The notes: a model not told the origin generated them from the letters alone. Shown: positions 26,442-35,796, counted from the first letter of the stretch. The stretch: DNA of 46,574 nucleotides from Flectonema sp. DT1601 (GCA_964019425.1 OZ025797.1:1364001-1410574), one strand, 5' to 3'. Numbers and translations are program-made.

Positions 26442-26876
26442 GAAAGTTTGGTTTGTATCCCCTGGGTGTTTAGCGTTACCCCCCTTGCGATGCTAGCGCA
26501 AGAGTCGAGGTGTTATGTATTCCTCTCCGTTGCGCTACTTTATTTTTATTTTATTTTATTTAATTTGTTAAAAGAAAACAGGTAACTTTACATGAGCATC
26601 GGCTCGAACGGCTCTGGCGAAGCGAGTGAACGAGTCTGATTGCTGAGTATTGTATTCTGTTTTCTTGTTCTTTTTTTAATTTATTTCAAACAGGGCAACA
26701 GGGGGAAAGTTTGGTTTGTATCCCCTGGGTGTTTAGCGTCACCTGTTGAGGTGTAATGTATTCTGTTTACTTCTATCCCTTTGGTTTTTTTTTTATTTCA
26801 AACAGGACAGCAGGGGGAAAGTTTGTTTCGTACCCCCCGGGCGCTTAGCGTCACCCTCCATGCGATGCTTGCGCAG
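26442..26876. repeat. Three imperfect direct repeats of GAAAGTTTGGTTTGTATCCCCTGGGTGTTTAGCGT (about 26442, 26705, 26817)
   Basis: Seen directly; copies 1 and 3 extend into TGCGATGCT(A/T)GCGCA. Confidence 0.8.
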
Positions 26877-27638
26877 GAAGAGCCAAGGGTCGAGAACCCT
26901 TGAGATTACCTTTGTTTCTTTTTGTGACTGGATTGCAGTGGCGCAACCCATCACCCCACCTGTTGGTATCTTTTTATTTTTTTTATTTAAAGAAAAAAGC
27001 AGGCTAAGTCGCCTGAGCTGGCATCGCCAGAATATTTAACTTCACATGGCAATGTCAGCTCGTGAAGGGATCCAGTTGGATCAAAGGTTTTCTCCCCCCA
27101 CTCTATTTATCGTCATTGGTGCGCACCTTCGAACAGGAAGGCCAACATTGACGGAATTTTTTACTTCTCTTCCCAAGGTTGAACCTTGGGAAAAAAACAA
27201 ACAATAAACACAGTGTAGACAAACACCCGCCGGACATCTGCAGAGCAGCGATCGATGTCGATGTCTTCGTTGTCGAACTTCCTGGCGTTTATGTTTTTGT
27301 TTTTAACAACAACACAACACCAACTAACAGGTTTGTCTCATTGCCCGTTCTTTCTTGTTTCCCTTTGCCGCCGGAAGAACGAAGGTCGACGGAGGTCCGA
27401 AACATTGCTTGCGATGATGTTCCGGTATGTGTTGCGTCTCTGTTATTTGTTTGTTTCAACTCAATTGGTTCATCTCAGGTTTTAGAAGTCTTCGTCCTGT
27501 TCGATGGGAAGGGCCTGAATCAAAAGTTCACTGCCCCTATTCCTCTCCCAAATTTCTTATTCATATTGAGATCTTGTCTTCTATGCTCAACTATCAACTC
27601 TTTTTATCAGGCAAAAACCACCCCAACAAAAAAAAACT

Positions 27639-28922
27639 ATGGATTCTTCAAGTGGAGTGCATGGTGCTGAGTGGTATGGTACACAATTGAATGAGACCAT
27701 TAAGGAGATTAAGGTAAAAAAGGGGGAGTTGCAGAGTATCGCTGAAAAAGCAGGTGTTACCGATATTGATATTCTCGAACTTGATCTGGAGACAACCGAG
27801 GCACTATCAGACAGAACGAAGAAACTTGCGAAGAAGAAATTCGTTGCATTACAAGAACTGAAGACGAAGGAGACCAGCTACGTTGAGTTGTTGAAGAAGC
27901 CTACTGAGGTATACCTTTTACTTTTTGTTTATAACGCATTTCGGGGTAAACCCGTCTGAACGGGTCCGACCTTTTTTTGTATTGGTCACAATACAGCCCT
28001 TCGGATCGATTTGTTCAAGAAGACAAGCAAATTTGGTAGAAACCTATGACAAAATTGATTGTTAACAACAAAAAAAAAAAAGGTCACACCCCAGTTGTTG
28101 ATGGAAATGCAGACGATGAAGGAAGAAATGCAGAAGATATCGAAGAGAATTGAGTTACCTTGGCGAATACCCAGTTCAAGAAGAACATCAACAAACTACA
28201 CAGGTAAGACACATATTTCCATTGTGACTTCAGACTTGTACAAAGATCCAAGAGAAGCAGTTCTTGTGCAAAACGCGTTGTCAAATTACTGTTGTGGTAG
28301 TTTCACGTTGAATGACCAAATCATGCCTGTGGATGTAATGTCAACAGGAGATCTCAACCATTTTTTCGCAGAGGTAACCGATGTGATTTGCACCAGTGTC
28401 GAAAATGCTCAGCATTGGAGTCAACCATGGCACCTCACGAAGTATAATAAAGATCCCGGATTCACCGAGGAACTAAAGCTGCATATTCGGTCCTGTCGAC
28501 TGGACTTTGTGCTGAGTACCGAACCTATTATGGCTTCGGGCTATGTTATGGCACCCCTCGCAGCACTTGAAGTATGCTGCGGAAACTTAATCTATTGTGG
28601 GGTGGAGTCCAGCAACGCTCAGGAAGCTGGTTTCGTTCAGACAGTGTGTGGTTTATGTAGTCTTGTGCTGTCAGCTGAGAAACCTGAACAGTATCTGTAT
28701 GGCATCTACTTTACAAAACATACACACAGGTCATTACAGCATGCCAAACTCTGTAAAGCGTGGCTTGGTGATGATGGGCATCCAAAGTTCTCCCCCGATG
28801 GAGAATACCCTATGAAACAAGTACCCAATCTAGTCCGTTTCCTGTTAGGCCTTAGTCAACAGTTTTCTGCAAACCCAACTCGAAACACATTTGATGATAA
28901 TGATGTAGACATGAATGAATGA
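27639..28922 (+). CDS. Second effector-like gene: helical header + putative restriction-endonuclease-fold domain; exons 27639-27908 and 28083-28922 (369 aa)
   Basis: Exon 1 ends ELKTKETSYVELLKKPTE, similar to DLKVEEKNYREVLKKSSE of the array gene, and is followed by a near-identical intron 5' half. The join is in frame at aaaaag|GTC. Exon 2 has RLDFVL...AALEV...GFVQ...LYGIYFT. Confidence 0.65.
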
Positions 28923-29999
28923 AGTCCTCCAACACCATCGTCTTCCTCCCTAAAAAAAGTGTTGATTCATGCAGGCTGCTAAAAGAAGACTAATATCCTT
29001 GAAGCCATTTGCATGGGTCTCAGCTGTTAGACCCTCGTTTTTTTTCCGTCCTAGATATCTTTCCCCCCCGATTTTGAATAGATTTTCCTCTTCCCATTTT
29101 TTAATTTGTTACTTACAAAAACACCATGCCTTGTATCAGTTGCGAATTACAACATCTCTTACTCTTTGCAAAAGAAAAAAGGGATCCACCAGAAAGAGAT
29201 TCCATTTGAATTACATAGAAGATTTGAGCAATTTCTCGTATTTCTTGAAGTGATTTTTCGTGATCTGGTGAAGCTTTGTGCAATCTCGTTTGATTCAACA
29301 AATGAGAATGAGACCGTTTGGTTTTCATTTCTTGCTGAGTGATATGGTTATGTGCTGCCCAAATCCTTTGTGGTACGTTTCTAAAGCTTTTCGGTAAGCC
29401 CACAGTACAATTATAATGCTTTGGGCAACTGGGGGTGAACGATCCTCGGTACTGTTCCGGGGTTTTCTATTTTCTTTCGTGGAGTGTGGGCATATGGCAC
29501 ATGTGGTCGTATTATAAAGAACTTTTTTGAGCCTTTTGTCGTTGTTCTGTTAGTTTCTGTCCCACCCAGCTCTTAGGCAGCACCTTACATAGTAGGCCCC
29601 AATTTCCTTGGACCCAAAAAATCCCCAATACTGGTATTAAACCCGCAAAACCCGCAAACCTGCACTAGAGATACCCTTCCAGGCTCGCTTCGCTCACGCA
29701 AAGTTATTTATTTTTTGTACTTCTGAATTAAACTTGTTTTTCCTTTGCTTAAGTATGCTAAAATGAAAACTATGGTTAGGTTATAGTGGTGTGAGGCTTA
29801 TTTCAAGTTACCCATTTTTATGTTTCTGAACAACCTTATTTTACAACTAAGTCACCTCTGTTTTTATTCCCTGTTTCAGGCTTTTTGGTCTTTCCTTTTT
29901 TGGATCTCCAAACAAAAAGTGTCAGCGGGTATCGAAAATTGCAGGTTCGCACATCCAAAACCTGCAAACCCGCAAACCAACACTCAGACTGGTAATTGT

Positions 30000-30914
30000 C
30001 CTTCCATGCTTTGCACCTGTCGAAATAATAAAACTTAAAAACTACACACGCACCAATAACAAGCGATTACACTAGAACGCACGATTGCAAGAACACCCTG
30101 GTTCAAGGTGGCTCGCTGAGGCGGGGTAACTCGAAGTCCGTTTTCGTTGGACTCAGCTCCACCACGGGGTGGAGGGGTGAGGAGGGTGGGCTTCGAAAAC
30201 GTGAGTGTGAGAGAAAGAAGTGATCGAGCTGTATAAAGAATTTCTTTTTGAAAAAATAGAAGGCTAAAGAATATAAAAAATGTCTGTTGTTTTGTTCATT
30301 TTTCCAACTTCGGAATCATACACTTTTCTGTCTGATTCCTTTGATTATTTCTTTCCGCTGCAGACCACCTTATATGTCCACCCATATAGTAAGGTGGTCT
30401 GCAGCTTTGATGGCTTTTAATGTCTGCCCTAAGGCAATCTGCCTCAAGCACATTGATATATGACATGACCTTGAGGCCATGAAGATCCCACAATATCCAA
30501 TTCACCGCTATTCCAAACAATAACACCTCCCCACCCTTTGAGTCATCAACAAACAAACCTCTGCAGTCCTACCACTTTTTCTTTCAGGAAGAATCTTCCT
30601 AGTGCGCTGAACCGCCAGAATCCAACTTGAAAGTTCCTTCTTACCGACAAGGGGATGGTAACATGATCCTGCACCTGTATAGAGCCGTAGTTCAGGCGGT
30701 TTGTGATCCTGCGCATGTACTTCAGGGCAAACCAATACTTCTCGCATGTAGAAGGCGGCCCCCCAGCGATTCAAGCTGTGATGCACTCAAACCTGATAGA
30801 ACACACGTTGAAATCTTCCTCTTAATCTTAGAACCTAAAGAAACGACCTCATCACAGTGAGAGAACGAAACACCCAGAAATTCATAATCCTGCGGCAAGT
30901 TCACTGTGTCACTG
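30000..30914 (-). pseudogene. Decayed YR-retrotransposon fragment (RT C-terminus, RNase H and 3' region) of the same family, inverted
   Basis: Minus-strand YEFLGVSFSH...KIKRKISTCVLSGLSASQLESLGGRLLHA matches YTFLGADFNH...KIRRKISGVNLSNCTASQLESLGGRLVHA. FVDDSKGG and YINVLEA match RNase H motifs. Stops and frameshifts are present. Confidence 0.85.
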
Positions 30915-30945
30915 GCAAACCCGCAAACCCGCAAACCCGCAAACC
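30915..30945 (+). repeat. Short (CCCGCAAA)n tract, left flank of element 1
   Basis: GCAAACCCGCAAACCCGCAAACCCGCAAACC. Confidence 0.95.
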
Positions 30946-31132
30946 TAACTACAGCGGGGAACCGGAACTTCGAAGTACAGCCGTCAGCATCATTTTCTCG
31001 CCATCGTTTGGCGCATCGATACATCCTATCAGAATATATTTCATTTTATTTAGAGCTGTTTAACTCATGTTTACCTTTCCTTTTCTTTCAGCCGACGGGT
31101 TCGACCTATTAAACACTTAAACAAAAAGAAAA
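30946..31132 (+). repeat. Element 1 split direct repeat A1 (187 nt; A2 at 35332-35518)
   Basis: TAACTACAGCGGGG...ACAAAAAGAAAA is duplicated and ends immediately before the gag ATG. Confidence 0.95.
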
Positions 31133-32365
31133 ATGGGTGATACTTATGACTTCGAATTTCCTAACTCATTAGTTACGCTATGGGGAAATACCGGTGAGGA
31201 ACTGCTACCGAGAAGACACATAAATATGCCAGATGTATTGGGTCGGATCCCATGGGCTGATTGGACAAGTGAAGCAGGCAAAATGATGATGATAATGGTG
31301 CTTGCAAGGTGCCTTGGGTGTGATAGAGAAGTAATTCAAGGTATTTCACCGAGAAAGATTGCAATATTAATTGACGCGCTGCGAGGTCGGAATAATTTAA
31401 TTGTTGATAGCATCGCCGAAGCTGTACAGAACGGGACACTAGCAAGCCTTTCTGGGATGCCTCAAGATCCGTTTAGAAAAGTTGAAGCGATTGTAACGAC
31501 AGTTGCAAATAGACAAAGCCAGCAAGACGAGAATCTCACAGGACTGTATCGTAGTACCGCTCAAGAATTTGCGAAGCATGAAGGAGCGATCCGTGCAGTA
31601 AGTAGCGAAGCAGCAAATGCCACGGCCGCCGCGACAACAGCTGTTAAAAGTACCAATGATAGACAAGATTCGCTCGAGTCACGAACGGATGCTTTCGCAA
31701 CAGATGTACTGAATAGGCTGAACAGGCAGTCAAAGCTTATTGAGGAGCAGCAGGAAATGATCTCTAAGCAAGATAAACAAATTGCAAACTTGATGCGGGC
31801 GTCGTACAGATACGTCCACCCAATGAGCGCGCAACCGGCGCCTCGCACGACTGCACCTGAACAGCCGGAGCCAAGGGCTCGGTATGAAGAACCGACTTCC
31901 GCTGAAGAAACAAGAATTCACAATCCAGTCTCGCATACTGTCCGTTCCGTTGCGGAAGACCCTGATAGGTGGATGGAGTACGCAGATGCCAGTAACTTCC
32001 AACTGACGGAATTAATTCGAGAGTTGCGAACATGGGTTCCTAGCAAGAAAGGGGATCTGCAAGATGGGATGGAGGCGGTGATCGGTGCGATCGAAGTCAT
32101 CTTGCATCCGGAACGGGACGCTGAAGACGCTGTGCTTGCCCTTGCCGACAGCTTGCAGGTATTAAGGTGTAAGGCAAGGGATGGATGGAAGGCGGCTGAA
32201 GCTTTTAAAGGTGAACTCTGGAGGGAACAGAATGTTGCCCCACGTTATGCGAAAGCATGGCGGGCGTCTAGCACAGCTAAGGTGAAGTCAAACTACGCTG
32301 CGCGGAAAGAAGTCTCTAGAGGTTCAAAAAACGAAGCTTCAAAGGGCGGCAGGTCCCATCAATGA
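31133..32365 (+). CDS. Gag-like ORF1 (coiled-coil) of element 1
   Basis: First ORF after the A repeat, 410 aa, central coiled-coil and basic C-terminus; position equivalent to gag in YR elements. Confidence 0.8.
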   Translation: MGDTYDFEFPNSLVTLWGNTGEELLPRRHINMPDVLGRIPWADWTSEAGKMMMIMVLARCLGCDREVIQGISPRKIAILIDALRGRNNLIVDSIAEAVQNGTLASLSGMPQDPFRKVEAIVTTVANRQSQQDENLTGLYRSTAQEFAKHEGAIRAVSSEAANATAAATTAVKSTNDRQDSLESRTDAFATDVLNRLNRQSKLIEEQQEMISKQDKQIANLMRASYRYVHPMSAQPAPRTTAPEQPEPRARYEEPTSAEETRIHNPVSHTVRSVAEDPDRWMEYADASNFQLTELIRELRTWVPSKKGDLQDGMEAVIGAIEVILHPERDAEDAVLALADSLQVLRCKARDGWKAAEAFKGELWREQNVAPRYAKAWRASSTAKVKSNYAARKEVSRGSKNEASKGGRSHQ

Positions 32366-35070
32366 AAAGAACGCAAGTGGTTGGGGACGGGCGCACCAGC
32401 CACGCGAAAGTTAAAATGGCGCCGAAATTACCAGAAAAGTCCATTGTCCGGGTTGCAACCGACTTTTCCTACTACCCAAGAGACCCAACCGGAGCTGCCT
32501 ATTCTGACGAGGGAAATTTTAAACCATCTTGGGAAGAAAGACCGAACTCGCTCTGCACATACAGAGGACGGCGTCAGCGCGGAAGACGCTTCGAAGAAGC
32601 TGGCCGACGTGGTCGGGAAGATGTGGGCAGCGAGTACATCGGCGAAGAGACGAAACCTCTGGGCAAGACTCTTATCGTGGGCGGAAGTGAACAGCTTGCC
32701 AGTAAACGCGGAAACCGCTGTCTTATTCGTCCTTGCCACGAGGGTGAAACCACAAGGGCTACTTCAGTATGCAAAGTCCCTATCAGCAATCATGGAGTGT
32801 CTGGGAATGGACAATCGACAGCTACTAACTCTTGCCACCGCGCTACGAGCAGACGGCGCAGCTATTCCGACAAAGCAAGCACGGCCAATTACAAGGGAGG
32901 CTCTCATGGCCTGGGCGGGGTCATCATCGGACGAACTATGGCTGGCAACAATGATCTGCTGGAAGACAGCCTCAAGATGGGGCGAGGTTCAGGCACTCAC
33001 GTCGGAGCAATTCATTCGAGTGGGGAGGGAGGAAGTGATCATCGACTGGCTCAGCACGCCGAAGCTTCGATCAGCAAATCCATTCGTCCCGTCACGTTGG
33101 ACTGTGATACGGGGGAGCATGACGGGAGAGATCTGGTTGCTTTTAAAGGACAAGATTCCATTCGGGGCACTCACAAACAGAACAACAGAAATGTTGGATC
33201 GGATGTGGGGAAGGGATCCGAACATGAAGGGATTTACAGCACACTCGATAAAGCGCGGCGCAGCAACAGTACTTTACGAAAACCTTGCAAAGGGAGCGGA
33301 CTTACCGGAGCACATTATCTCTCGGACCCTGAAGCATGCGGAGAAGGAGACAGGGATATCATCAACATCGCTGAGGTACGGGGGTGCGCCAGCCGACATG
33401 GCAGTTGCTCTACAGACTTGGAAAGCCACCCAGCTCTTGTAAAACATGCACCGCATAGCATCTCGAGAAGGGGCCAGCGGACGAGGCTACCTGTCACAGC
33501 GGAAGAGAAGGCATCACCGCTTCATGTTTCTTCTATAAAACTAATGAATGTTGACGGGCTTCGAGGGAGGCTGAACGACTCGGCAAGGGTGCGGTTTGAT
33601 AGTGTCTGGGATATGGTATTCCCAAGGCAAACACCACCTTCGCGAAGCAGCACACACTCGAAACACTCAACTCTCCAGCCTAGCCATGCTGACGAACTGG
33701 TTAGTCGTTCTATCGCACGCCATGCTGAAGCAGGGGGGGTAATGCAAAATGTGCCGTTCACTGTTGTTGAGGAGAAGGCTGAGGGCTTACGCCAGCGATT
33801 CATACTCTGGACAAAGGGACTGAACGACTGGGGCGAGGGTACTGGGTACCAAGCCGCCGTTCCACTGAAGCACATCTCAGCTTATCTTGGTGCTGTCAAG
33901 CAGGGGTGCGCCACAACTCGTGACTTCAGAACAGGATTCTTTGCGATTGAAATTCCAACATATGCAAGACATCTCTTCAGGTTCCAAGATAGCTCTGGAA
34001 GATGGTTCGAGATGCAACGACTACCGATGGGACATATTGGCGCCCCGGAACTAATGCACACGCTCGCCGCATCCGCTGCAGGACATCCCGACTACGTTAG
34101 AAGTGACATTGCCGTGCACTCCGTTGGTATTGACATCTTTATTGACAATATAAGGTACACAGGGGAGCGGAAGCATATTCTCGATGCGACGACAGTGCTT
34201 GATGAGACTGCTTCGGGTATGTCTATTACATGGAAGGCTTCCGACTCACATACTGCTGCGACAACCTACACGTTCCTCGGGGCGGACTTTAATCATGAGC
34301 TTCGTACGGTAAGGGCTTCTGAGAAAATTCGACGCAAGATAAGTGGTGTGAATCTTTCCAACTGCACAGCTTCACAGCTCGAGTCACTCGGAGGAAGACT
34401 TGTTCACGCAAGCGCAATTGCAGGCGTTCCGATGGGTCAGTTCTGGTATGCAGTGAAGTTCCTTCGAAGGCTTGTCAACGGTCTCAATAGGGGGACCCGC
34501 CGTCCAGAAGCGAATGTTAACATCCCGCCGTCAGTTACCGCACAACTCTCTGCATGGTGCACTGCGGCTCTCAAGCAACAGACGATCTTCCAGCATGATA
34601 GCAGAAATTCAGTTACAACGTTCATCGACGCTTCTATGACGGGATGCGGCGGCGTTATTATTGATGACTCAACAGCTGAAATTATTATCCTCGGCGGCTC
34701 CTGGACGCCATCAGAAGCACGCCTCCACATCAACGTTCTCGAATCTCTTGCATTATCTAAGACGCTTTCTCAGCTTCCCGTAAGATATAAGGGTGGCACC
34801 CTATCACTCTGGATCGATAACACTTCTGTTGTTGGTGCACTTCGAAAGAAACTCTGTGCTAGGTCAGCAGACTTAAACAAGAATGTCGTTCTTTCTTCTA
34901 TAATATTCAAGAACCTCCAGCTCGATGTTAACATCGGATGGGTCGCGTCAGCTAACAATCCAGCTGACATCCCATCACGCCTCCCAGAACACAAAATCTC
35001 ATCGGCATCAACACTGCATACTGTCGAACTTGCGCTGCGGAGGTTTATTACAAGCGACGGGGTGGAGTGA
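32362..35070 (+). CDS. Reverse transcriptase-RNase H ORF of element 1; N-terminal ~360 codons overprint the YR
   Basis: RT motifs TRDFRTGFF, RLPMG, FIDNI, TFLG; DIRS-type RNase H motifs FIDAS, HINVLE, IDNTS, NPADIPSR. Confidence 0.92.
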   Translation: MKRTQVVGDGRTSHAKVKMAPKLPEKSIVRVATDFSYYPRDPTGAAYSDEGNFKPSWEERPNSLCTYRGRRQRGRRFEEAGRRGREDVGSEYIGEETKPLGKTLIVGGSEQLASKRGNRCLIRPCHEGETTRATSVCKVPISNHGVSGNGQSTATNSCHRATSRRRSYSDKASTANYKGGSHGLGGVIIGRTMAGNNDLLEDSLKMGRGSGTHVGAIHSSGEGGSDHRLAQHAEASISKSIRPVTLDCDTGEHDGRDLVAFKGQDSIRGTHKQNNRNVGSDVGKGSEHEGIYSTLDKARRSNSTLRKPCKGSGLTGAHYLSDPEACGEGDRDIINIAEVRGCASRHGSCSTDLESHPALVKHAPHSISRRGQRTRLPVTAEEKASPLHVSSIKLMNVDGLRGRLNDSARVRFDSVWDMVFPRQTPPSRSSTHSKHSTLQPSHADELVSRSIARHAEAGGVMQNVPFTVVEEKAEGLRQRFILWTKGLNDWGEGTGYQAAVPLKHISAYLGAVKQGCATTRDFRTGFFAIEIPTYARHLFRFQDSSGRWFEMQRLPMGHIGAPELMHTLAASAAGHPDYVRSDIAVHSVGIDIFIDNIRYTGERKHILDATTVLDETASGMSITWKASDSHTAATTYTFLGADFNHELRTVRASEKIRRKISGVNLSNCTASQLESLGGRLVHASAIAGVPMGQFWYAVKFLRRLVNGLNRGTRRPEANVNIPPSVTAQLSAWCTAALKQQTIFQHDSRNSVTTFIDASMTGCGGVIIDDSTAEIIILGGSWTPSEARLHINVLESLALSKTLSQLPVRYKGGTLSLWIDNTSVVGALRKKLCARSADLNKNVVLSSIIFKNLQLDVNIGWVASANNPADIPSRLPEHKISSASTLHTVELALRRFITSDGVE
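32366..33442 (+). CDS. Tyrosine recombinase of element 1 (in the gag frame, open from the gag UGA; start uncertain)
   Basis: Catalytic-type motifs KTASRWGEV (R), AHSIKRGAA (H..R), LKH (H), SLRYG (Y). Confidence 0.9.
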   Translation, partial: KERKWLGTGAPATRKLKWRRNYQKSPLSGLQPTFPTTQETQPELPILTREILNHLGKKDRTRSAHTEDGVSAEDASKKLADVVGKMWAASTSAKRRNLWARLLSWAEVNSLPVNAETAVLFVLATRVKPQGLLQYAKSLSAIMECLGMDNRQLLTLATALRADGAAIPTKQARPITREALMAWAGSSSDELWLATMICWKTASRWGEVQALTSEQFIRVGREEVIIDWLSTPKLRSANPFVPSRWTVIRGSMTGEIWLLLKDKIPFGALTNRTTEMLDRMWGRDPNMKGFTAHSIKRGAATVLYENLAKGADLPEHIISRTLKHAEKETGISSTSLRYGGAPADMAVALQTWKATQLL

Positions 35071-35329
35071 GGCAGGCCAACCGGTGCCGCTACTCGGACT
35101 GCTCACTCACATGGCTTTCTGCCACGCTCAGCCGATAGCGACCACCACCTGCGGTCTACTTACCTCACTTCGTGAAAAGAATTTGTGAACTCTTATAGTT
35201 TAATTTCTCTATCCTTCCTAGTGATAGACGAGCTACTTAGTTTTATCCATAGTTTCATGTTTTACTATTACATTTCTTCTACTCTTATCTTTCCTTCCTT
35301 TCTTTCAGGCTGTACAGGAGTTATGGTTC
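35071..35329 (+). repeat. Element 1 split direct repeat B1 (259 nt; B2 at 35538-35796)
   Basis: GGCAGGCCAACCGG...TTATGGTTC is duplicated and starts right after the RT stop codon. Confidence 0.95.
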
Positions 35330-35796
35330 CCTAACTACAGCGGGGAACCGGAACTTCGAAGTACAGCCGTCAGCATCATTTTCTCGCCATCGTTTGGCGC
35401 ATCGATACATCCTATCAGAATATATTTCATTTTATTTAGAGCTGTTTAACTCATGTTTACCTTTCCTTTTCTTTCAGCCGACGGGTTCGACCTATTAAAC
35501 ACTTAAACAAAAAGAAAACCCACCCACCGACCCCCTCGGCAGGCCAACCGGTGCCGCTACTCGGACTGCTCACTCACATGGCTTTCTGCCACGCTCAGCC
35601 GATAGCGACCACCACCTGCGGTCTACTTACCTCACTTCGTGAAAAGAATTTGTGAACTCTTATAGTTTAATTTCTCTATCCTTCCTAGTGATAGACGAGC
35701 TACTTAGTTTTATCCATAGTTTCATGTTTTACTATTACATTTCTTCTACTCTTATCTTTCCTTCCTTTCTTTCAGGCTGTACAGGAGTTATGGTTC

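Noticed and set aside
35329..35335. Canonical telomere hexamer CCCTAA at the element 1 B/A junction
   Set aside because: Single 6-mer, not shared by element 2 (CCCAAC); compatible with chance.
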